From a virus (lineage: Duplodnaviria; Caudoviricetes), in the IMG/VR virus record IMGVR_UViG_3300038477_000063, positions 1 through 33,095 of that record: DNA of 33,095 nt; one strand, given 5' to 3'. Shown one piece after another: positions 26,234 to 33,095 of the stretch. Made by a program: the position numbers and the translations under genes. The notes under the pieces were generated by a model. The model ran no database searches, was not told where the DNA came from, and was given only the letters and a program-made list of their open reading frames with translations. Position 1 is the stretch's first letter, and each line of letters starts with the position of its first letter.

Positions 26234-26425
26234 CTAGACTGTGGGTTGCACTGGAGGAGTGGGCGGGGTTTCGGGTGTCGGGGCTGTCTTCAACTCAATC
26301 TGTGTCGCGGCCAAAAGAGGCGCGGCCTGTTCCTCTGTTAAATCCACTAATTCGCCTACTGGATACACCGTGTCCAAGATTTTAACCTCGGATAACACAC
26401 GGTAGGTTTGTCTTTCGTCTGACAT
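26234..26425 (-). CDS. Small head-associated protein
   Basis: YRVL...Y..GE.VDLT...A..L....I motif; SD AAAGGA. Confidence 0.65.
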   Translation of the reverse strand: MSDERQTYRVLSEVKILDTVYPVGELVDLTEEQAAPLLAATQIELKTAPTPETPPTPPVQPTV

Positions 26426-26460
26426 AATACTGTCCTTTCAATTAGAGGTTACTGTTTAAA

Positions 26461-26730
26461 TTACTCTACAACTTCGTCCTTGGCTTTCGCCTTGGGCTTC
26501 TTGGCTGGCTTTACCGGAACTGGCGCGTCCTCTGGGATAACTTCGTCCTTGGCTTCTTCCGGTTGTTTGTCCGGGTCTTGTAGCTCGGCTTCTACGATGC
26601 CGAAAGCCTGCAATTCGTGAGGTTGCAGATAGGAGCGCCGGGCGGTGAGGAACGCGCGGTCTGACTCGGTGAGTGAGCCGGGATGTTTCTTCCGCAGCTC
26701 ATCAAGCTTGGTTTTGTCGCTGTCTTCCAT
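26461..26730 (-). CDS. Hypothetical protein
   Basis: In operon; shares an AFL.AR motif with 23301-23636. Confidence 0.65.
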   Translation of the reverse strand: MEDSDKTKLDELRKKHPGSLTESDRAFLTARRSYLQPHELQAFGIVEAELQDPDKQPEEAKDEVIPEDAPVPVKPAKKPKAKAKDEVVE

Positions 26731-26743
26731 ATAAGTTATTGTG

Positions 26744-27082
26744 TTAATGCTTAGGTTTGATGTTTGAGAGGCTCCGTTCTAAAGCCGCTTTGGCTTTCTC
26801 GGGGCCCGTAAGGAATGCTAACAAAAGCATATAGTTTCTGAGGCGGGCGGTCAAATAGACGTCCTTCTTCCGTCTAAAAAGGAAATCCCAAAGTGTCTTT
26901 GGTTCGGTAAACGTTACCAGCTCGGCTTCCACCTGGTCTTTCATCGCCTGAATGTAATCACGGACTGAGCCGACTGTGAGCGTGTTCTTTGATAGCGACT
27001 GGAGCCATTGGCTGTACGTCTCGCGTTCGGCGGCGTTTAAGTCTTCAAACTTTACGCCAAATTTGTCTAGCAAGGAATCCAT
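26744..27082 (-). CDS. Hypothetical protein downstream of portal
   Basis: In operon; helical protein, 112 aa. Confidence 0.7.
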   Translation of the reverse strand: MDSLLDKFGVKFEDLNAAERETYSQWLQSLSKNTLTVGSVRDYIQAMKDQVEAELVTFTEPKTLWDFLFRRKKDVYLTARLRNYMLLLAFLTGPEKAKAALERSLSNIKPKH

Positions 27083-27098
27083 TGTGTAAATGAGTTAA

Positions 27099-28835
27099 TT
27101 AGGCTGGCTGGGGAACTGGCTGGGGTTGCGTCGGCTGCGATTGTGGCGCGCCTTGGCCTGGCTGACCACCAGACCCCATGAGCTGCGCCTGTTGCTGCTG
27201 CTTTTGAGCGTTCATCACTTCGCTCTGCTGGTCGGGCGTGAGACCGAGGAAATCCAACATCTTCTCCTGATAAATCCGCCCCATGGCAGCGTTACCTTGG
27301 AACTGGCTGGCGACTGCCTGAAACTTCTGCAAGGTCTTGATGTCGTCCTGCTCCCGCTCAGCAGAGGAAACCACGCGGCAGGTATAGCCCTCATTGGTCT
27401 TCCAGTCCTTGGACTTGATGACCTTTTTGAAGTAATTGCCCTTAAACGATTTCTTGTAGACCTTAATCTCGTCCAGCTTGTCGGCGTTGGCAATCATGAG
27501 CTGGGCCCACTTCCAGCCAAACTCGCGCTGGGCCAGCATGTAGAATTTGGAAATTGAGGTAATGCGCTCGTTGGCCGCGGCCGTGGTGAGCTGCACCTCG
27601 CCGAGGGTTTGTTCGCCCTTGTCGGACTGACCTTGCTTAACGGCTGTGGCGGCCGTGGCGCCCTGTACGAGCTGCTTGATATAGTCCATTTCCTCCATGG
27701 CGTTGTCCAGCTCGGGAATCTCCACCTGTTTGAGGATGTCCTCCGGCCTGCCGGGCAGCGGATAGAAGCCCCACGGCTCCGGTGTCCAGCCTTGCGGTGA
27801 CCAATTCTCGTTGGCGGTGCTGTCAAAGAAGTGCATGCCGAAGTTGCGCAAAGTCCGGTTCTCCACGAGCTGGGAAAACCAAACATTGAGCACCTGGTTG
27901 GGTATGCGGACGATATCGGCCACGCCATCGCTGTAGAAGTCGTTGCGCTCCGGGTCGTCAGCCCACGTAACGAACGGGTAGAAGTCCACGCCCAAGAGTT
28001 CCTTTAAGGGCTTGCCGAATAGGACTTCGGAGCCACTGGAAATGTCGCCACCAGGTGAGCCGCCCAAAGCGCCCACGCTCCGCACAATGACGTGGATGTG
28101 GTCCTGCTTGTCATCCTCGTCGTAAATCTTGACATAGTGGACTTTCAGCTCAATCATGGTCTGCCCCAGCATGGGCATGTTCATGTCCGGCACACCCATG
28201 TCAATGAGGCGCTGGTTACGTGCCAGCATGGTCTTGGTGATTTCCTCGGCGCGCTGTAAGCCCATGTCAGTGGCGCTGTAAAACAGCCGGAGCCGGTCTA
28301 AAGCCTGCTTGTTTACCAACGGGTTGCTTTCCAACTCATCAATGCTTTGGAAAATGCCGCTCTCAATGATATGGCGGGCGGTTTCAAGGTCAGTGGGGTC
28401 AACGTACCTGTCCACCAGCATGTCAAAGGGCTCCTTGATTTCAGTTTCAATCTTGCCGTTTCTGATGTTCAGCTTGCGCCACGTGCGGCCGTAGAGATAC
28501 TCCTGCTTCTTGTCAACGATGTCTTTCAGCTCCAGCTTGTCCTGGATGGTGTAGTCTTTCCAAACCTCGTTGAACAGGATTTCCTTGTCCTTGTCGTTAC
28601 CCAATTCCTCGTACTCAATAGCCGGAAACTCATCCGTGTTTGCAAGGATGGTTTTCAGCGTTTCTTTCATCAACGGGATGTTGACAGCCTGGCGCTGGGT
28701 GAGGCGGTTTAAGATGACTTTGTTGCGATAGAGCTCGTAGTTGTCCGTCCACTCTTGGTGGCGGCGTTCACGAAACTTGGACGCGCTGCGTTCGTTGTCA
28801 TCGTATGGAATTGTGGAGTAGTCCACTTGTTTCAT
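27099..28835 (-). CDS. Portal protein (podovirus/P22-like)
   Basis: 578 aa after TerL; YPFVTWADDP..DFYSDGVADI...N..LN...SQ..EN; T.GE....AA..RI; Q/P-rich tail. Confidence 0.88.
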   Translation of the reverse strand: MKQVDYSTIPYDDNERSASKFRERRHQEWTDNYELYRNKVILNRLTQRQAVNIPLMKETLKTILANTDEFPAIEYEELGNDKDKEILFNEVWKDYTIQDKLELKDIVDKKQEYLYGRTWRKLNIRNGKIETEIKEPFDMLVDRYVDPTDLETARHIIESGIFQSIDELESNPLVNKQALDRLRLFYSATDMGLQRAEEITKTMLARNQRLIDMGVPDMNMPMLGQTMIELKVHYVKIYDEDDKQDHIHVIVRSVGALGGSPGGDISSGSEVLFGKPLKELLGVDFYPFVTWADDPERNDFYSDGVADIVRIPNQVLNVWFSQLVENRTLRNFGMHFFDSTANENWSPQGWTPEPWGFYPLPGRPEDILKQVEIPELDNAMEEMDYIKQLVQGATAATAVKQGQSDKGEQTLGEVQLTTAAANERITSISKFYMLAQREFGWKWAQLMIANADKLDEIKVYKKSFKGNYFKKVIKSKDWKTNEGYTCRVVSSAEREQDDIKTLQKFQAVASQFQGNAAMGRIYQEKMLDFLGLTPDQQSEVMNAQKQQQQAQLMGSGGQPGQGAPQSQPTQPQPVPQPA

Positions 28836-28844
28836 GTAAAACGG

Positions 28845-29006
28845 TTATTTGGTAAAGCCTACTTTCTTCTTGGGTTTGTCTTCTGGTTGAAACTCCTTAG
28901 CTGCTTCATCGACTGAGTAAACTCGGCCTTTTGCGCGGAGAGCCTGTTGTAGGCTGGTTGCCAACACTTTGCGTTTCACTAACCATAGTTTTAGAGGTTT
29001 GGTCAT
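28845..29006 (-). CDS. 53-aa basic hypothetical protein (not in ORF track)
   Basis: ATGA overlap with the TerL stop; MTKPLKLWLVKRKVLATS...KKVGFTK. Confidence 0.6.
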   Translation of the reverse strand: MTKPLKLWLVKRKVLATSLQQALRAKGRVYSVDEAAKEFQPEDKPKKKVGFTK

Positions 29007-30328
29007 ATGCCTAAATGGGGATATTGTCTAGCGATGCCGCCTGCTTGGGTGTTATTCCCATAAGCTTCATTTCTCATCTTGTTTTCGGATATAGCTGACA
29101 TGCGGTGAACATCTGCGGCGTGACTCGTAAAGTCGTGATACGGCTCTTCAAGGAACATTCCCCGGTTCTCGTCCCAGCGCTGTCTGTACTGTGGTATATA
29201 ATCCAGGAACAAGTGGCACTTGCTTTCGTCAATCCATAGGTGCGCCCACATCAACTTACCTTTGTTTATTCCATCATCAACCGAAAGCTTTTCCACAATC
29301 TCAACCTTGATATCAGGCCAAAGGTCTTTAATGGTCTTAACCCGAGTCTGGCCGGTATCTATGCTGTTGGCTTGAGCGTCATGCGGTAGGAACCACTTGC
29401 GGTAAATATAGGGCTTGTCCTTTGCGGCTTTGACTGCCTGCGGTATGCCGTCCGTGTTCTGCCCTTCCCAGTAATCAATCATGCGGAGCTCGCCGCCACT
29501 TTTCTGGTAGAAGCCTGTAGCGAAGGCCTGGCCGACTCCCAAGTCTGAAACCATAAATACAGGAAGGGAAGCATCGTAAGGTACAAACTTTATGCGATTC
29601 TGCTGGCGGGCGGTGGCAATTTGGGTGGCGTAATAAGCTCCCTTGATTGCCGCTTCGAACGAACAGTACCATTCCTGATTAAACTCATCCTGTGTCATTA
29701 GCCCTTGCTGGACCAGCTTCCTATCATCCTCCAACGCCTGCTTCAGGTTGGTTATGGTTTCGCCGGTCTCCTCGCGCAAACTGTCGTCTATGGTTTTAAA
29801 CTGTGCTGTCCAATCGGGATTGTTCTTAGCGTTCTGGTAGATTCTGTGAAATTCGTTTTTACCTTTTGGGGTGCCAAAGAAGATTGCGTATCCGAGGTGG
29901 TCGGCCAAACACTTGCTGATGATTTCGGAGAAGATGTTCGAAGGCTGCTGACTATACTCGTCAAAACCAACGCCCCACAAGGCCGGACCGCGCAAACTAT
30001 CAGGATTATCCGAACCAACGAGAACGAGCTTGCTGTTATTGGGATACTTAATTGTTAATTCCGATTCGTTATACTCAACACCTGGAATGTCTTGGCTGAT
30101 ATGCTTGGCAATGTCCCACGCTACCCGTTTGCTTTGCTTGTAGGTGGGGCCGATGTAGGCAAACTGTGCGTTCGGCGTGCGAATACAGTCTCGCTGGAGG
30201 TGATTCAGTACGGCTGTGGTCTTGCCGGCGCGGCGGTGTAATACCAGGACTATCCAGCGCTTTGTGCTGGCGTGGAGGGTTTCGGCCCAGTGCCTTGGAT
30301 TGTAGGGGATTGTAATTCGTTGAGCCAT
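29003..30328 (-). CDS. terL: Terminase large subunit
   Basis: Walker A HRRAGKT, Walker B VGFDE, GTPKG coupling motif, RNase H-like DLG...LPHD...HD..SH.AD. Confidence 0.95.
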   Translation of the reverse strand: MAQRITIPYNPRHWAETLHASTKRWIVLVLHRRAGKTTAVLNHLQRDCIRTPNAQFAYIGPTYKQSKRVAWDIAKHISQDIPGVEYNESELTIKYPNNSKLVLVGSDNPDSLRGPALWGVGFDEYSQQPSNIFSEIISKCLADHLGYAIFFGTPKGKNEFHRIYQNAKNNPDWTAQFKTIDDSLREETGETITNLKQALEDDRKLVQQGLMTQDEFNQEWYCSFEAAIKGAYYATQIATARQQNRIKFVPYDASLPVFMVSDLGVGQAFATGFYQKSGGELRMIDYWEGQNTDGIPQAVKAAKDKPYIYRKWFLPHDAQANSIDTGQTRVKTIKDLWPDIKVEIVEKLSVDDGINKGKLMWAHLWIDESKCHLFLDYIPQYRQRWDENRGMFLEEPYHDFTSHAADVHRMSAISENKMRNEAYGNNTQAGGIARQYPHLGI

Positions 30329-30570
30329 GCAAGTTCAATTGCTCCGCCGCCTTTGCCGGTTATCGGTTGTTCTGCCTTACCCCACACCCGGTCAAACAGT
30401 TCCTTTATCGCGGGAACGTCAGCGGTCTTAGCCCGCTTAATGAGCGCGGCGAAAATCTTGTCTTTGTCTTTTACAAACGCCTCAACGAGAGCCGCTTTTG
30501 CCGCCTCTGCCTCTATCGTGTGTTGAGCCACGGGTCTGCCGGCTCCTTCTCGTTTTCCGCCTCTTGCCAT
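30250..30570 (-). CDS. terS: Terminase small subunit (putative)
   Basis: GGKREGAGRP N-terminus, AIKELFDRVWGKAEQ, G..GGAI; overlaps the terL start. Confidence 0.75.
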   Translation of the reverse strand: MARGGKREGAGRPVAQHTIEAEAAKAALVEAFVKDKDKIFAALIKRAKTADVPAIKELFDRVWGKAEQPITGKGGGAIELAWLNELQSPTIQGTGPKPSTPAQSAG

Positions 30571-30582
30571 ATTGGTCAAAAA

Positions 30583-30759
30583 TCAAATATTCAAGAACAC
30601 TTTCGCCACTCCGCGCCATACCTTAGTCGGTATCCAGCGCGGCGCCGGCTTAACCAGTTGCTTTAAATACTTCTCCACCGACTGATGTATTTCAAGAAGC
30701 TCCTTATTCTCTTTCCTGCGAGCTAACTGCCTAAGCTTTTTAGCCTGCCTGCCGTTCAT
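30583..30759 (-). CDS. 58-aa basic hypothetical protein (not in ORF track)
   Basis: MNGRQAKKLRQLAR...KPAPRWIPTKVW; first gene of the late operon. Confidence 0.6.
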   Translation of the reverse strand: MNGRQAKKLRQLARRKENKELLEIHQSVEKYLKQLVKPAPRWIPTKVWRGVAKVFLNI

Positions 30760-30776
30760 GGTTTCTATTAATTACT

Positions 30777-30852
30777 TGTGGATAACTTCTATCAATATGC
30801 TAAATCCTCAATGTTTACGCTATCTTGACGCTAATTGTAGGCTTGCTAAAAT
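30777..30852 (+). promoter_or_regulatory. Early promoter cassette B (DnaA box + conserved box + promoter)
   Basis: TGTGGATAA 30777-30785; CCTCAATGTTTaCGCTATC; TTGACG, 16 nt, TGcTAAAAT. Confidence 0.8.
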
Positions 30853-30952
30853 GAATATGTGAGGGGAAGACAGCGGCTTGAAACCTATTGATTGGATAGA
30901 CAGAGAGCCTAAACCTTCCCCCTAACCACTTAACAAGCTAACCTATAACCTT

Positions 30953-31162
30953 ATGTCAAATATGAAAAATACTTATCTAGACGTATCTGAGGCCTTGAGC
31001 GTGTCGCCCGCGCAACTGCTACGGGATATTACAACCGAGGGGGATTTGGAGCTACAGGAACATCTGCGGGACCACAACGGCCACCCTTCCGCTAACTGCC
31101 GCTACTGCGTGGAAAAGGCTGATGAGCCGGTAGAGCAGGAACTGGAGGAGGAATATGCCTAA
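30953..31162 (+). CDS. Acidic hypothetical protein with H/H/CxxC motif
   Basis: First gene after promoter B; A/C-rich leader. Confidence 0.65.
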   Translation: MSNMKNTYLDVSEALSVSPAQLLRDITTEGDLELQEHLRDHNGHPSANCRYCVEKADEPVEQELEEEYA

Positions 31163-31277
31163 GCTACCCTTGCGCTCGGCTCTGCGCTGCCACTGGCAGC
31201 CGGAGCCTGAGCTCGGCTTTCCCTGGCCGCTGTTTGCCTTGCTAATTCCCGCGTTAGCCTATCTATTCGTTCATTAA
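31155..31277 (+). CDS. 40-aa membrane peptide (not in ORF track)
   Basis: GGAGGAGG SD; ATGCCTAA overlap; C-terminal FPWPLFALLIPALAYLFVH. Confidence 0.55.
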   Translation: MPKLPLRSALRCHWQPEPELGFPWPLFALLIPALAYLFVH

Positions 31278-31432
31278 CCATCGCCGAAAGAGCCGGACTG
31301 GCGGGAAACAGTTTCCCCCGGCGCGCGTAAGGCATGATGATGGCTTTGGCTAGGTTAAACTCCATTTTGGTTTCGGAGTAAATGAGGGCAGTTGCCCTAA
31401 GCATAAGACTAACAAACTAACTTGTCAAATGT

Positions 31433-31642
31433 ATGAACTTCACCAAAATCGGTCAGGCGGTAAATATTGAGAAGGCGTGCGCATACGATATGGTTTGTAG
31501 GTTTAGAGAAGTTGCCCGACTGGCGAATGACGCCTTGTTCTTTCGGGAGATGGACACCCAAGCGAAAACTATGGAGGCGTGGGCCGTACGATTGGGCATT
31601 AACTTAAGAAAGCTTGCTGACGAATACTACGATAAGAATTAA
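31433..31642 (+). CDS. Hypothetical protein
   Basis: In the early operon; A/C-rich leader. Confidence 0.6.
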   Translation: MNFTKIGQAVNIEKACAYDMVCRFREVARLANDALFFREMDTQAKTMEAWAVRLGINLRKLADEYYDKN

Positions 31643-31668
31643 ACGGCTGGCATCCTACTGCCTACGAC

Positions 31669-31869
31669 ATGACAATACAATATATTGTTTACGACTGGCA
31701 AGATGACCAATACAAAACAGTGCGCGAAGTAGGTAAAAACGGCGTCACAAAAATTGAAGCTCATGCAGCTCAAGGCGAAGGTGACAGATGGTATTGGACA
31801 GTCTATTTTGAAGACGGACACTCGGAGATGATTTTCAACATCAATAGAGTGGTTCTGAACCCAGACTAA
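31669..31869 (+). CDS. Hypothetical protein
   Basis: In the early operon; VG.NGV..I...Y.V.F.DG beta protein. Confidence 0.65.
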   Translation: MTIQYIVYDWQDDQYKTVREVGKNGVTKIEAHAAQGEGDRWYWTVYFEDGHSEMIFNINRVVLNPD

Positions 31870-32025
31870 TATCTCCCCCCGCTCATCTCTGAATGGGCGG
31901 CTGGGGCGGGCGGTGGATTATAAACGCAGGGTGTCCGAAAACCTTAAAGACACCGTAACAAAAACTATTAGGAGTAAGTAGCGTACTTACTAACCACCGT
32001 CCACCTTAGCATTAACAAAACAACC

Positions 32026-32427
32026 ATGGAATTATCAAAACAGGTCTGCTCAGGCAAGCATAGGCGCAGTCCAGCTCAGAAGGCACACACTAGAATGTTA
32101 GCGAGCCTCCCACGAAGTTTACGCGGTGGTGGATACGATGCAATCCATAAGTGGCTGGTCAGGCACTTTGGCAAAGCTACTCGTTGCGACAATATCACTG
32201 CATATAAGCATACTGGACGTTATCACTGGGCAAAGCGTAAGGGATTGCCTTATGCACATAAGCGCGAGAACTTTTGGATGCTTTGTACTCTGTGTCATCG
32301 CCAGTACGACCAAACACCTCAATGGATAAGAAACGCCCGAGCCGGGCGCACCTATAAACGATTAACGACTGCCCACAAAAAGGCAATCTCAAAAGGAATG
32401 TATGCGTTTAGAAGAACAGTGCGTTAG
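32026..32427 (+). CDS. HNH-like homing endonuclease with NUMOD3-like tail
   Basis: Y.AIHKW....GKA..C...Y.WA...Y...ENFWMLCTLCHRQYD; C-terminal LTTAHKKAISKGM. Confidence 0.7.
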   Translation: MELSKQVCSGKHRRSPAQKAHTRMLASLPRSLRGGGYDAIHKWLVRHFGKATRCDNITAYKHTGRYHWAKRKGLPYAHKRENFWMLCTLCHRQYDQTPQWIRNARAGRTYKRLTTAHKKAISKGMYAFRRTVR

Positions 32428-32845
32428 TTTAGACCTTGCCAAACGGCTAAAGGAGCTTGGACTGAAGCAGGAGAGTTTGTGGCATTGGACACCTAAAGCA
32501 AAAATAGTGGCTGGCGGACAGATTCTACATAATGGGTCTTACCTTGTACTTGCTGAACAACAACCGACGTATGGCAGTAAGGCTTTTTATTCCGCCTTCA
32601 CCGTAGCCGAGCTGGGGGAGATGTTGCCAGCAAGTCTAATTCTTGAAGGAGACGGTCGATATTACGAATACGAATATGAGTATAGACAATGCTTAAAAGG
32701 CGATACTGGATTTAGGGTATGGTATGAGAATCCCAAAGATGGTAATGACTTCCAGCTCGTTAAAGAAGCTGACACCGAAGCCGACGCACGGGCTAAAATG
32801 CTTTGCTACTTACTGGAGAATAGGCTTACTACAATTCGCAATTAA
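32402..32845 (+). CDS. Conserved phage hypothetical protein
   Basis: SLDLAKRLKELG.KQES...SAFTVAELGEMLP...ADTEADARAKML.YL.EN. Confidence 0.8.
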   Translation: MRLEEQCVSLDLAKRLKELGLKQESLWHWTPKAKIVAGGQILHNGSYLVLAEQQPTYGSKAFYSAFTVAELGEMLPASLILEGDGRYYEYEYEYRQCLKGDTGFRVWYENPKDGNDFQLVKEADTEADARAKMLCYLLENRLTTIRN

Positions 32846-33095
32846 CGGTTATTTGGTCGCCGTCCTCTACGTGATACTTCATAAGCTCCATCGAACCAAC
32901 ACCAATCTGAATATCCTCTTCATCAGTATCCCAGTCGCACGTAAAATAGGCTACGCCTTCGTCATCTGTATATTCCGACAAGTGACTCCCTGGCAAAAAT
33001 GGATGCTCCATAAAGAAGAACGCAGTCACCTCTTTCCCGGTACAAAGCGTTTCCTCACCATGCCAGTCATATACAACGCGCACTGAAAAGTCCAT
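32829..33095 (-). CDS. Small acidic hypothetical protein (Ig/transthyretin-like motif)
   Basis: ATG at the window edge; YTDDEGVAYF motif; convergent 17-nt overlap with the preceding gene. Confidence 0.55.
   Translation of the reverse strand: MDFSVRVVYDWHGEETLCTGKEVTAFFFMEHPFLPGSHLSEYTDDEGVAYFTCDWDTDEEDIQIGVGSMELMKYHVEDGDQITVNCEL

Larger units (their letters stand above)
1..33095. mobile_element. Prophage / temperate podovirus-like phage genome region
   Basis: Integrase, TerS/TerL, portal, scaffold, major capsid, tail/ejection, lysis and early genes in phage synteny. No tape-measure or sheath gene recognised. att sites not identified. Confidence 0.93.

Noticed and set aside
31278-31350. Hammerhead ribozyme
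   Set aside because: Has GAAA and AUGAUGA, but not the CUGAnGA core with a properly paired stem II.
31159-31404. 81-aa minus-strand ORF
   Set aside because: Better explained by a + strand 40-aa ORF with SD and translational coupling, plus a structured spacer.
32053-32428. Group I intron around the HNH gene
   Set aside because: Insert is entirely occupied by the ORF; no catalytic core elements seen; the downstream gene has its own start.
1-33095. Alternative genetic code (TGA or TAG recoding)
   Set aside because: Core genes are intact in code 11 and end at TGA, TAG and TAA with normal coupling; TGA readthrough does not rescue the nuclease start because a TAA lies six codons upstream.
1-33095. 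Diversity-generating retroelement, retron, tRNA genes, att repeats
   Set aside because: No reverse transcriptase motif, no adenine-variant repeat pair, no cloverleaf and no terminal direct repeat seen by eye; short att cores could be missed.

Overview
The window is a near-complete, apparently temperate, podovirus-like (short-tailed) dsDNA phage/prophage. It begins at the ATG of a XerC/D-type tyrosine integrase and ends at the ATG of a small acidic gene. Layout: integrase (+); a leftward nuclease/recombination operon (PD-(D/E)xK nuclease, NinB-like, VRR-NUC); a lipoprotein; a ~215-nt structured non-coding element; a divergent control region (~4400-4640); a rightward early operon (Gp157/Gam-like, hexapeptide-repeat protein, SSB-like, Zn-ribbon); an accessory/lysis block (H-NS-like protein, Zn-finger mini-proteins, holin plus muramidase, a type I toxin-like peptide, DUF932, papain-like protease); a long leftward virion operon (TerS, TerL, portal, scaffold, major capsid, tail/fibre and ejection proteins); and a second rightward early operon containing an HNH insertion. 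A/C-rich SD-less leaders, DnaA-box-preceded promoters and the muramidase type suggest a CPR/Patescibacteria-like host (inference only). I recognise no repressor or replication enzyme. The most notable signals are helically phased DnaA-box promoters, a pseudoknot/terminator switch with a probable antisense promoter, several candidate structured RNAs, an HNH gene that appears to have captured the start of its target gene, and domain shuffling among virion proteins. All function calls come from motif recognition by eye; no database searches were run.
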